NCBI GenBank assembly: GCA_051362555.1 | Contig: CM120643.1 | Location: forward strand, 6,262,001-6,326,000 | Origin: Lingula anatina | Lineage: Eukaryota > Animalia > Brachiopoda | Direction: 5' to 3' | Length of the DNA stretch: 64,000 nt | Part shown: piece by piece, positions 51,023 to 64,000 of the stretch | Numbering within the stretch: position 1 is the stretch's first letter | Layout of the letters: the number at the start of each line of letters is the position of its first letter | Translations under genes and position numbers: made by a program | Notes under the pieces: generated by a model | Told to the model about the DNA's origin: nothing | The model's input: the letters and a program-made list of their open reading frames with translations, nothing else | Database searches by the model: none

Positions 51023-54000
51023 ATGTCTATAGACTTACAGTCGCTGGTAAGTTTTATTTTTTATTCAAAATTGAAATTCTGTAGCAAGTTCAATGTAAGC
51101 CCACACAGCGCCTTTTTATCCGTCGTTCATGATTTTTTATGTGATTAATTAATATTTTAAATAAAATTCTTAAAAATTTCTTGTCACATGACGATTTGCT
51201 GATCATTCTGGTAATGGTACAATTAAATGTAGTTTACATCACAAACTTCCAAATAAAGATACAGACCTCTATGTATCCCGTTAACATGATTTCTTTAATT
51301 TGTTGTACATATTGCAGATGATAGCTGATATGGAAAATGAAATAAATAAAAAAGAACAGTGTGCTCGTAAGTTGTGTGCGTGTTTGTATAATCAGACACA
51401 TGTGTTTTATAGTACAACGGGCCTAAAACTACTCTTGCATTTTTTGTTGTTATATAAATAAAAAAAAAGATTTAATTTGTTCATAATAAGAAACTAAGAT
51501 ATCCTATTCTTTATTTACATTAATGAAGTGATCAGTTTGAATGTCTGTAATGTTAATATCAACAACGATATATTGATAGTATTTCTTTCTATTTTACTTT
51601 TTACTTTGAACAGCAAAGACCACTGTAAGAGTTTTCTTAACCAACAACTATTTAAAGGCCAAAGTGGTGGGCAGGGGAACTGCCCTCGGGGGATGGGACC
51701 CCCAGAAAGGTGTGAACAAAAATAATGATCTCAGGTAAAAATGATTTTCTTTGAAATTGAAAAAGAAAATTTAAAGTCTGATATGTTTAAGTATTTATTA
51801 AAACCTTCATTCATTTCTTCTAGTGTATTTATCAGTTGATTGTATATATTAGTAAACATTTTATTTTACATTTTAGACATTAACATATCTTTAAGTTATT
51901 TATTTGTTTGTTTTTTCATTCATTCATTCATTCTTTAAATTTATTCAGCCTTACCACCCTGGGTCTGGCTGGACATGGGAGCCTGAACCCTTTAGGAACA
52001 GGTGCCTCCAGGTGACCACTAAGGACAGCATGGAAGTGACCTGTACTTGGGGAGAAGTGGACATGGAAATAAAAGGTGCTTGAACTCATAATTCTCGTAA
52101 CCTTTTAAATCTGTCATGTACAACATTTGGAAATAAAAGATTACTTGAGCTCACTATCCTATAAAAAAAACTTTAGAAAAATGATGATATGGTCCTTTAA
52201 TATTGTCAAATACATTTAAGACTTTATTTTAGTGTATATCATAACTTGTAAATAATAAATAAATGTGCCATCTTATTCCAGAGTGGGACTACATGTACAA
52301 GCCTGAAGTCCACACAAGTGGTAAGTCCACACCATTGCTCTATTCAATCAACTTGATGCATTTTTTATCTTTTCGGAAGGATTCATGAAATAAAATTACA
52401 GCAATACCCTGATTCACAGGGTGCAAGTCTGGGCCCTCAGGGGCTGTTGTCAATGAATTTGGAGACCTAGCTAATGTTCACTAACTCCATGAAAACTCTC
52501 ACTGAATACAATCAGATTAACAGACTAACACGCTTCTCTTTGTCTCCAACATACTCCAACATACTCACATAATTGGTATTCCTTAAAATTCATTTCTGTT
52601 CTTTCAGCTGATACCAAAGAAGAGAATAATTATTAATGTAGCAATTGTTAAGACCCAAAGCATTGAGGAACTAGGTAAGGCTGGAATCTTAGTAAAATAA
52701 TAATGAATTTTTATATAATTGCACACACGCATGCACTAACAAACACACATGCACATACACACTGCAAGCATGTTGCTTAAGGAATGTCTATTTTTTAGCA
52801 TACTTAAGAAGATAATTTCTTTATTTTTAAGTCAATTAAATCTTTGAATGTGTCTTCATCAAAGTGTAATGGGCCTACTGAATCCTTTTCGAACATGCAC
52901 AGATATGGAATGTTAAGCTTGTATTTTTAAATATTAAAATATTATTAAAATATTTTTTCTTTAGCTGATATCAAAGACACAAAGAGTGTGTCAGATGCTG
53001 AGGGCAGCGAGGAGAGAGGTAAGACAGTAAGATCAATTTAACAGGTGTTCATTTAACACACTTTAAAAATTTACACACACACAAACAGGCTCTCAGACAC
53101 AAACAGGGGCAAATTGAGGCCATCTTCTGGGTCTTCCGCAAGATGGTCAGAAGTTTACATTGATGGGGATTTAATTTTTTGTCAGAAGACAGTCCACAAT
53201 GGAGGATGGATCAACAAACATAATTTGCAAGACTGTCAGAAAATCTCTCTTGATCCGCCCCTTACAAACATTGTGTTTTTATTCCCTGTTCAGTGATCTA
53301 AATCTTTGAATACATCTTTGACTGTGGTATTGAATCCTTGTTGTGCATGTGCATGGAATGTTGAATTTGTGTTCCTTTTTTTTTCCTTCAGTTGATGTCA
53401 AAGACACTACAACTACTGTAACAGAGCTCATGAAGGAGAGAGGTAAGACAACAGGGTCAATAGAATAGGGATCTATTTATTACATTGATGACATGTGATT
53501 GTGCATGTACACGCATGCACGCACACACATGCACACATGCACACACACGCACACAGTTGATACCAAACTGAAAGACAAGAACAATGTAACACTTGTAAAG
53601 ACCCTAAGTATGGAGGAGATAGGTAAGACAGGAATCTCAGTAAAATAGTTATGATTTTTAATATACTTATGAAACATGCGTGCACACACACATACACTAA
53701 CAAACACACATACACGCACATATACACACACCACAAGCATGTTGCTCAAGCAAAATCTTTAGCATACTTAAGAAGATTATTTATTTTTAAGTCATTTAAA
53801 TATTTGAATGTGTCTTCCATAAATTGTAATACTGAATCCTATCTGAACATGCACAGATATGGAATGGTAAGTTTTTATTTGATATCATTTTTTCTTTAGC
53901 CAATATCAAAGACACGAAGAGTGTGTCAGATGCTGAGGGCATCAAAGAAAAAGGTAAGACAATAAGCTTAGGACAATTTAATGGGAATTCATTTAATACA

Positions 54001-54302
54001 CTTAAAAATGTAAACACACACAGATGGACTTTATGGGGGGAGACTCTCATGCACAAACACTGAGTTTAAATTCTCTGTTCATGCAGTGATCTAAATCTTT
54101 GAATGAATCGATGACTTTGTTAAGTAATGTATTGAATTCTTGTTGTGCACAGCTATGAAATGTTTCATTTGTTTTCCTGTCTTTCTTCAGTCAATATCAA
54201 AGACACAAAACCTGTGACAGTGGACATGAAGGAGAGGTAAGACAGTAAGGCCAATAGAATACGGGTCTATTTATTACACTGATGGAATGTAATTGTGCAT
54301 GT

Positions 54303-54335
<33 letters not shown>

Positions 54336-54606
54336 CACACTCCTTATGTTGTGCCAACACAGTTTGTGCTTTTGGCAAGTTTAAAATAATATTGGCAGAA
54401 TTGTTTATTCCAAATACTGGTAAAAGTGTTTCATTGAAGTTTCATACATAAAATATGATGGTACACTGACTTATTAAACATATTAAACTTTCTTAGTAAG
54501 TAATATTGTATTATACATTTCAGCTCCAAAGAATCGCCGCCAATCTAGGTGGAGGAGGGTATTGAATCTGTTAACGTCTTGCTTCAGACGGAGGGCACGA
54601 ACATAA
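51023..54606 (+). pseudogene. CBM20 (starch/glycogen-binding)-like multi-exon gene with microexon array, partly degenerate
   Basis: Exons 51023-46, 51318-66, 51614-51734 (VVGRGTALGGWDPQKG), 51949-52075 (WTWEPEPFRNRCLQV...VTCTWG), 52282-52320, 52608-74, 52965-53018, 53392-53442, 53557-53622, 53900-53, 54191-54236, 54524-54606 (PKNRRQSRWRRVLNLLTSCFRRRART*); all GT-AG; 3' UTR exon ~54977 with AATAAA near 55054. Confidence 0.62.
53104..53263. mobile_element. hAT5-like MITE copy
   Basis: Homologous to 21352-21519; ACAAA on both sides. Confidence 0.8.
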
Positions 54607-54609
54607 ATG

Positions 54610-54650
<41 letters not shown>
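54610..54650. repeat. (ATT)n microsatellite
   Basis: Direct observation. Confidence 0.9.
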
Positions 54651-54651
<1 letters not shown>

Positions 54652-56800
54652 TAAATAATTCTAAACACTTCAGACATTAAGAAATGAAGAAAAGTCAACA
54701 GTATTTTTAAAAGAATAGATTTATTATACATTTATAGAGAAGTTCTTTTTGTTTGTCTCTTGGTTTTGATGGTATCATAACTAAGTAAGCTTTCAGTTTT
54801 TTAGAGGAAAATTATGTCAAACAGCTGGTAAAACTGTACATTAAAGCAGTAAATTAATTATATCACAGCAGCCAGGAGCTGGTGGTTGTAGAGTTACTGA
54901 CAACATCTATTTACACCTAACTGAATACACATTTTAACTGAATTATATTTTAATATTTTCATCTTTTATTTTTTAGGGTCGTCAGTGCAGAACTATCATT
55001 GCCTCAGTAGAAGACAGTTAAAAAACTGCAAAATGTCATTCTCTAAATTTTACAATAAAATATTAATATTTTTTATCAAATGAGTTTTGTTTTTCTTTTC
55101 TTAATTGAGGGTACCATTGGGGAGGGGTGTTCACAGTTCACAGGAAATAAAACCATTAATTTACAAATCACAGTAAACAAAACTTTATGCATATCTCACC
55201 AACAATGCTAGTTGAAAATCATGAAAATTACGAATTACCAGGTATAAGGCTTAGTAAGACTTTTTTTTACAATAAATGAAGCACTATAGTAATTACCTTT
55301 TTCCAATAAAACAACATTTGATTTCTGATTTAAGTTTTAAAGTTTGAAGTTTATCTCAAATTTTTTATCAAATTCTTTTTTATTTCATTTATTAAACTTA
55401 AGAAATAAACTATACATGGTACAAACTTTTAACTATATTCAAATACATACATAAACACTCATACTAACACACATGTACCCTACCATACGGCTCAATTACT
55501 GACAACTTCACTTTTGGTTTTATATTCCAGTATGTTCATGTTTAAATACAATAGATATATAGTTCAAACTCCTAGGAATTCACTTGAAAAGCAAACTTGC
55601 TTTAGACAAAAACGGTTTTCTAGATCACTTGCAACTTTTACAGATAATGTATATGTGCAATATTGAGAGTATTTTCATCTTTTATTTTTTAGGGTCGTCA
55701 GTGCAGAACTATCATTGCCTCTGTAGAAGCATCTGGTGGTTACATTGGTTACAGGGGAGAAACGGGGAAAAAAACTTATCTATGTTATTAACACTGATAG
55801 TTAAATAATTGGGAGAGATCTTCAACTGGATGATATCTTGACAGAAAGAATGGAGAAAACAACAAAACGAAATATGGGGATCCCACCCATCCAGCAAGTT
55901 CTCTTTTTAAAGTAGTTCTTGACTCTCTGCAGTATTTTAATTCCACTTTTAGGCCTAGTTCATAATTTTTATTGTCCAGTGTTTTATTTTAGTATTATCT
56001 CTCAAAGGATAACAATAGCCTATATTTATATTTTAATATTTTTCTTGTCTGAATAAATTCTTACTAAATTTTTACTTTATCTTACCTTACTTGTACTATT
56101 GCTATAGCCATGTTACATGTATTATCATAAAAATATTGTAAATAGCGGCAACAAGTTCTTTTTCTGATACAATTCTTTTGTTGTCATTTTCAAATTGATT
56201 AAAGGATTTAAAATCTTTTACAAACTGCTCTTGCCCGTTGCCAACGCCCTCAGTTCAGGTCTATCATTTAAAATCAAATGTTTTATTGTATAAAATATAA
56301 CATGTATAAAACCACATACTTCGTTGGAATAATCTAGCTTTGTTTAATACTGTGCATGAACCCAAAAATAAAGCTCTAGTATAATCAAAATAGAAATATC
56401 AAGACTTCTTGAACAAGATGGATCACATTAGAATCCCCCCCCTCCCCTCTCATCCTGCCCCCTTTCTACTGATACCATACAAACAAGCCACCTTCCAAAA
56501 CTCAGCGTGAGGTCAAAAGTTCACGGATAGGATATGCCATGTACAGGTGATTAGGGGAGATAGGTGGTGTCTTTTTGCGTTTTTTTTATTCTGCCAATTT
56601 TGAGAAGTAATATCAGTATCTTTCACTGCACTTAGTAAAAATAAATTAAATTAAGCCAATTTTCTTTCCTTTATTACGTAATTCGTCGGATGTAATTACA
56701 TACAACAAATTCCTAGAAAACCTTTACCCCCTCTTGTGAATGCAATGTGTCGTCTGCAGAGCTCAGCGTCTGCCACCACGCTGGATGCTTCGCGCTTCCC

Positions 56801-57687
56801 GGGAGCTGAACAGTTAACGCGGTCTGAAAAATTTTAGGGAGAGGCAGATGGAAAAGAGAGGGATCTTGGTATCTATAAAGTTCTACTTGGTGAAGCTGGA
56901 GATTTGGGCTAGTTTTAATCTTTTCATTAAAAGTTTGCCACATACTCTGTCTTTCAGTGACCCTATGCAACCAAAATATTTTGCTGGCATCCTGATACAT
57001 TTTCCACTTCTGTCTCCCCCCTAAAATGGTCCACACTCAATAATCAATAATCGTATGGCAATTTTATACAGGCAATTGACCTACTTTTATACCCATGCAG
57101 CTAACAACGAGTTTTATGGCTGTGGAGTGATACACGTCTGCGATATAAAATTTATTACTAATTACATAATTTACAAACAGTGTGTGCGGATCAAAAGTGT
57201 CCCAATTCGTGAGCAAAAGGGAACATTACTTTTTGAAAATAATTAAAAAATTAGAGACAAGCCAAAATCAGAAAAAAATTCATTTTTTCTCTTATATGCA
57301 AATTAGGTCTTCTGAAGTAATATAAGACTGGCCGGAAGTGATGTTCATATCAGAGATTTGTAATGATGATGATCTTGATGACCTTGGTGATTTTAATGGT
57401 GATTCAAAAAAATCTTATCAAAGTTTTCAGTTAATTGTTATCTGGTGAGAAAGAAAGTTTCTGCACTAACGCAATCATTCTACCAGTAAAGAATAGATAG
57501 TAAACGCGTTTCCGAGATGCACTGCAGACGACACGACATTTGGGGGAAAATCGCACACCTAAGATATTAGGTTAAAATAATGATATATAGGTAAAAATGC
57601 ATGTCTAAATTTTCCATTAAATTTGTGACTGCATTTCTATTTATTTGTGTTCGACAAGGGTGAATTTTATAGGGATATTGTCTTTCT

Positions 57688-57729
<42 letters not shown>

Positions 57730-57873
57730 CGAAAATTGGGCATAGGCCCTAACAGTTAAAATATCCAGAAATAAAAAGATTTCAAAATTTAAAATCTTCT
57801 TTGTCACTACGATTCCTCGTCGTGGTGGTTCACGGGGAAATTTTTAAGATAACTTGTAATTATAAAAATTGAT
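56801..57873 (+). repeat. ~1.1-kb dispersed repeat, copy 2
   Basis: Collinear with 7345-8470. Confidence 0.85.
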
Positions 57874-58265
57874 AACGCGCTTCTTAATAATGTTCATGAT
57901 TAACAAGTAAATTACGCTCAAACTTAAAATCGCCTCGACTTGTGTCAAAATTACATTTTTCATTAGACTTTTTGGATTGTCGAAATGAGTTTTTTAGTCT
58001 TCTCTTACTGTTTAAGTGCGGAAAATAGGCCTAGCTGTTTGTTGTAAATAAACTCAAGTTTGATATGGCAACAAGTCAAGTTGGAAGCATTTGTTTATTC
58101 TTCTTATTTTGAGAAGGGGGTATCAATATCTTTCATTGCATTTACAAAAAAAGACTCAAAGATATCTATCCCCTTCCCAACACAACACTTAACGTGTAAG
58201 TAAATACACATTTCCTTAGATAGACTATTATTCCATTCTGTGAATGTAATATGCCGATTCCCTAA

Positions 58266-58481
58266 AGCCCCCTTTACACTGGACGACGTCCTTTCTGCGT
58301 CCCTCAGTGCGACCTCGTTTGAGAGTGAAAAATACTTTACGTGATGACAACTGGCCGATCATTGAGCATTCACTCTGCAACCAAAGCGATGCTTGTGCCT
58401 CCTTTCTACACGACCACAGCGATGCCAGTTTTATTGTCGCACAAAGGATGCAAAAAGACGCCATCCAGTGTAAAGGGGGTT
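58266..58481. mobile_element. PIF/Harbinger-like MITE
   Basis: agccccctttacactgga / tccagtgtaaagggggtt; TAA on both sides. Confidence 0.8.
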
Positions 58482-59002
58482 TAACAGACGCTCTCTTGTG
58501 TGGTGTTTGCCACCAACTGCAGTGTACCGTAGAGAATAGAACATGTCAATATGTGAACCTTATGTAAGGCAGCGCGAGACAGTTACTTATAGTAACTTAT
58601 AGTAATTGGCTCGCGCTGCCAGTAATTACGCCGCGGGATATTCAGGGCACAGACCGTGATCACAACACATGCCGCGAATAGAAAATAGAATTTAGAAAAT
58701 AGACATTGCATGTGATCGAAGCCTTACATAATGAAAAACAAAAACTTTGCCATGTGATCAATAAGTCTCCAAATATATGTGTGAAGATGGATTTGTGGTC
58801 AAATTATCAGAACTCTATTAAGATTGTGCTCCAGATCCCCCTCCCTCGAGTACCCACTATCGCCGCACCAGTTGAAATAAGTAATAAAAAAAGAGGAAAA
58901 ACTACAGGTGATTTGCTTTGGTGTTCTTACCTGTGTACGCTATTAAAAAAAAGGTCGGGACCAAAATATCTTTTATTTTTAATGAAAATTGCAAACAAGT
59001 TA

Positions 59003-59266
59003 CAGGGGCGGATTCAGGATTATTATAAAGGTGGGGGGTTTCGCGGATGCGAAGCCGACCCCCCTCCTCTTGGCGTGGGGTGGGTGGCCCGGTGAAGGGC
59101 CCAGAAAAAGTTTGGTATTTAAGAGGGCGAACGGTGCCATTTGGTACGGTTTAGAATTATGATTCAGCTAGTCGAAATTCTAATTTCAAGAGGGGACCAT
59201 TGATTTTTTTCAGAAACTGAAGAGAGGGTCAGGACCCCCCTGACACCCACCCTAAATCTGTCCCTG
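59003..59266. mobile_element. CAGGGGCGGAT-type MITE
   Basis: caggggcggatt / aatctgtccctg; flanks agtta and gatta (imperfect). Confidence 0.6.
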
Positions 59267-59825
59267 GATTATACTGTAGTCCTGTGGTGCACATCTACGC
59301 TGATTAAAGGACAGACCAGGATAGTAACTAATAAAGATAAGGATATTACACCCCCCCCACCCAGCTACGGTCGGTGTATTTATTTCAGTTTTCAAACCAC
59401 ATAAAAATGTACCTGTAAGTGTACCTTGTATATCTTTTAACAGGCTGTACTTTTTTTCAACATTGCTGAATATAACATGGGACTCGTGCAGTGGTGATAT
59501 GCCCCTGATATCAGTTATCAACGGCTTACTAGCTGTTACTCATATGGCCAGCTTTGCATTCTTTCCCAATTACAATGATCAATACTTCTTTGAATATCAA
59601 AATGATATAAAGAAAAAATTACCGCAAAATGTAATCGCTCCTCATTTCTCTTGTTGGCACTCTCTCCATGTCCAGCGGTACTTGTAGTGCCCAGTCCAAC
59701 AAATACTTAATACAAAACAGATAATAACATTGAGGTCTTTTGCACATTTCGTTATCATAAATTCCCCAATAAGATTGATTAAGATTCCTTTTATCATGTC
59801 TTAGCAAATTGATTTTGAGAAGCGC

Positions 59826-60009
<184 letters not shown>

Positions 60010-60506
60010 CAGGTTAAATTTCTTAGGTGATAGGAACAATCAACAAAGATCAACATAAACCGTCTCGAATCGGACTTTATCACAACATTTTCCCTTTCTT
60101 TAAACTTAACAAATTCAAGTCATCAAATTATGTAAGATTTTACTTCAAATTACCAAATATCATATCATATCCATACATACAGGTAGACATACTGTCAAAG
60201 ATACTGGTAAACAGTCTTGAGTCAGAATTCTCACAACATTTGTTTTTTTCTCAGTTCTTTAATTTTTTAAAAACAAAATCAAGTTGTTACATCATCTAAG
60301 ATTTAATTAAAATATGATATTGCATATATGGATATATTTTATGAACATTTTAGTTGTCGTACATTTGTAACCTAAATTTCTTTGTCTTGGAAACTCGCTG
60401 ATGAAAAGAGTATGTGTAAATAATAGTAATCTACAGGCCTTTCCGATATTTTGGCTATACATAAGACTTGACGAAACTCTCCCTGATATCTTTTATTTTA
60501 TATATA

Positions 60507-62156
60507 CAGGGTTACCACTTAATATGGAATATTTTTTATCATTGTTATTTTTGAGTGCTGATTAATTTTTTTTTGGCTTGAGTCATTAAAAAAGTATGTC
60601 ACTGAGTGATAATAACATCCAGTCTTCTGTTGTGAGAAATTTTGGTCAATATTATTAAATCTGACATAAGATGCCATTCAAAAGAAAGGAACACCCCCAG
60701 AAAACCATATCAACAGTTTGATGTCAATATAAACTTTAAGATAAGATATTAAAGAAAACGGACAGTGATATGTTACACAGTCAAAGAACTCACTACAGTA
60801 AATCATGAAAAGTCAGTAATTGCGGGTATGACCTCCAGCAGCCGCTTGCAGCGCCCTCATCCTACATGGCATATCCTGTGACACGTTTTTTAGAGTTTGG
60901 GTGGGGATATCATTCCACGCAGTGATATTTGCCTGTCGCAGTTCATCACTATTTACCGGCCGAGGACCATAGCTATTAATTCTGTGAGTTACTTCCGCCC
61001 ACAGATTTTCAATTGAGTTCATATCTGGAGAGTTTGCAGGCCAGGGCAGTTGCTGAACCCATTGGTTTTGAAGAAAAACAGTGATTCTGCGGCCTCGATG
61101 TGGGGTTGCGCAGTCGTCTTGGTACACAAAGTTGTTCCTGAAGATGAATCTTACCAATCGAAGCATTGTTTGCTGTAGAACGTCTCTGTAGGAATCCTGG
61201 ATGAGGTTGCCTCCTAGAAAAACCAACTGGTTCTGGGCACCGACATGAAATGCTCCCCAAACAGAGACGTTACCATCCCCTGGTTGCACCCTAGGCAGTA
61301 CACAATCATTGTTTTATGCCCCTCGTACACGTCGGTGGACACGGATTCGATGATCAACCCTAAAAAATCCATATCTGGCCTTATCACTGAAAACAACATG
61401 ATTCCAGTGTTTTGGCTGCAAACGCACGTGGTCCCCAGCCCTTTGCAGACGTCGCTGTATATGACCTGCTGTTAACAGTGGTCTCCCTACTGGCCTTCGT
61501 GCAAAATAACCGGCTTGCAGAAATCTCTTGTTCACGTGGGACCTTGAAACGGGCGTTTGAATGACATTCTGCCTCTCTTTTCTGAGGACACTGGTTGTCT
61601 TTGTACGACCAGCACGGCGTCCACTAAGGAGAAGGCGATCCTGTCTTCTTGGTGTGATAAGCGGACACCCTGGTCGAGGTATTGGAGTAGGTGCCCCTGT
61701 AGCAGCATTTCTTTAGAGGACTTCACAAACGGTTCCTGATAAATGTTGAATTACATGGCAATGGCTGTCCGTTTCTGGCTATTTTCTCTGAGAGCAAGAA
61801 TCCTATAGTAAGCTGCGTTGCCTTGTTGTCGTACCATATCTTCACTAAGGTACCTGTCAAGTTTCAGGGCGATCCCTTTGTTGCTTCTCTAAACACGCTC
61901 CAAAGATTGACAAAACCCATGCGTTTTTATACAAGGGCAGAAATTGCCGAAAAGACCACCCCTCACATTTCTGACCACAGAACATGCAACTGCCTGCATC
62001 AATTGTTTCGAGAGTTGTGTGGTAATTAGGTAACACATCTGGCTACACATGGAGTGACACCTCAGCTTTGGATTTAAAGTAGTTAGAGAGAAATTAAATA
62101 TTTTGTAGAAAATTTATTCGCCAAAAAATAATATTCCATATTAAGTGGTAACCCTG
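60507..62156 (-). mobile_element. Tc1-like element, family C (full length, frameshifted DD34E transposase)
   Basis: TIRs cagggttaccacttaatatggaatatt with TA flanks. Confidence 0.93.
60813..61837 (-). pseudogene. Tc1 transposase pseudogene
   Basis: WNHVVFSD, VSVWGAF, FVYQDDCATPH, WPANSPDMNSIENLW, AAGGHTRNY; 34 residues between the second D and the E; split over several frames. Confidence 0.9.
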
Positions 62157-62162
62157 TATATA

Positions 62163-63823
62163 CAGACTTGACATTTAATATGGAATATTTCAGTTTCGAA
62201 GGTATGCCTAGGTAAAAATTCGTTCTTTTTTCAAAAAACTCCGATCTCATATAAGATTTGTGAATGGAGAAGTGTGTAGTCAGGTGTGTCGCTACCAATT
62301 AACTGACTTCCATGTCTGTTGCGCTGCTACATTATGTAAAATGCGGTGATTTAATTGGGTAGTGTTCCTTTGGGCTGGTCAATGCTTGGCTTAGGCAAAT
62401 CTTGGTTCTGTCAAAAAAGTATCCGTATGTCGGCAACTATTCCATAGAAGAATTTGAAATTTTGCATGCAAGCGGTCAGTTTTGCAGTGCGTAAAATGAG
62501 CTAATGAGTGCTTTACAAATTTGTAAATTTGTGGCAGAATGGCGCGAAAAAGACAGACATTACCAGACAGATTACAGCGCCAAACGGAACGGTCCGCACA
62601 GTTTTATAGAGTAATGCCCAGACTGATGTAACTACACAGAGGTCACACCCAATGCATCGAAATCTTATCTCCAGGGTACAGGACGCACTGTCTTTCGGGA
62701 TACGCTGCTGCAACTAAACATTAGCCACCCAGTCTGTTCAGAACGAGGGGTAAATTGCCACCAAAATGCGTTTTTCAAGGCCCTTAACGAGCACCAAACT
62801 GGTTTTAGCAGGTTAGAATACCAGATGACCTGCGAGGTACCCACTGTAAACAGCAAAACATCGTCGTCTGTTTCTCTAATGAATTGGGGGCCATGACCGT
62901 TTCTGGGTAGAACACTGAAACCGCGTGACTTTCTTTATTGAGGTCAGATTTCACCTGTACCTCCCAGCTAGTCAAAACAGAGTTTACAGACATCCAGAAG
63001 AGGCCTACGACGAAGCATGTACCGCGTGTAAAGTGACACGGGTCATTGACAGCGTTAGTGTTTGGAGTGGATACCACATTGGTGCCAAAACACCAATGGT
63101 AGTCATTGATGAAAACCTGAACCAGATCAAATAAAGGAATAATCTGGGAACCACTTGACTATCATTTGATAGGGGGCACCTTAGGAACAATTTTAGTTTA
63201 CACGGTCAGATTGCCGGTTCACACAGAGCACTTTTAATAGCAGATAACTTACAGAACCAAGGGAATGAGCAGCTACCCTGGTCATCAAAATCGCCACATT
63301 TGAACCGCATAGACAATATGTGGGTAAGCCATTACTCGCCGAATCAACTGCTTACATGCCCTACATCAAAACTGGACCAAATTGGACAATTTTGGACCGA
63401 TGCCTGGAATAATATTCCAGATTGAACTCTAAAAACTTTTCCCAAGGAATGCCTTGCTGCTTGAGAGCGCTGATAACAGACAGAAGAGGCCAGGCGTAAC
63501 AGCGACCGTTACTATGACTACACACTGACATGAGGGTCCATTGTGTAGCGTATAACTCTTTTACAGACGATAATTTTGAAAATATAGAGATCCAAAATAT
63601 CTCTTTTAATGGATGTCGTATGACATAGAATAGGCAATGTATTTCTGTTTGCCTCACTGTCGAATTCAACCAATGAGCTGGTGTCAGCATGACATCAAAG
63701 AGATAATTTAAAGTTATTAAAACTCGATTTTAATCCTTATTTTCATTTATCAGTCAGCAAAATAGCAAAAAACTGATGAAAAATGACTTGGAAAATAATA
63801 TTCCATATTAAATGTCAAGTCTG
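62163..63823 (+). mobile_element. Tc1-like element, family A, uninterrupted copy (degenerate transposase from 62539)
   Basis: TIRs cagacttgacatttaatatggaatatt with TA flanks; remnants SVSVWSGYHIGAKTP and LPWSSKSPHLNRIDNMW with stops. Confidence 0.92.
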
Positions 63824-64000
63824 TATATTTTTTGTTCTACGTGTATTTTGTGATAACCCTGTAAGAATGTTAGCATGGTTTTATTATGAATTTTCGATAA
63901 AAAAAACTAGTAGAATACTTTAACACAACAAGAAACAAAGATAACTGTGCTGTTTTTAGTGAAGGATTTACGATTTATTACGAGGCGGTCTATCTATACA

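Overview
AT-rich eukaryotic (animal) genomic DNA with GT-AG introns; the KLC sequence and repeat types suggest a mollusc or other lophotrochozoan (inference). The main gene is a multi-exon kinesin light chain copy (+, 20821-33543). Its usual first coding exon is not visible in the window and it carries several degenerative changes, but a splice path still gives an open ~483-aa frame. About 440-470 bp upstream sit an AP-1/ARE site abutting a perfect 5-unit heat shock element, then an unrelated hydrophobic first exon. Other genic content: first exon of a secreted protein (-, 45-264), a disrupted 3' fragment of an enolase-phosphatase E1-like gene (-), a patchwork of minus-strand exon fragments (including an intron-bounded Tc1/IS630-type transposase exon), and a partly decayed CBM20-like gene with a microexon array (+, 51023-54606). 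The rest is mostly transposon-derived: three Tc1 elements, EnSpm/CMC-like and ISL2EU-like non-autonomous elements, an internally deleted Gypsy element, a LINE remnant, HINEs (one nested in itself), many MITEs and tandem repeats. All calls come from manual reading; no searches were run.
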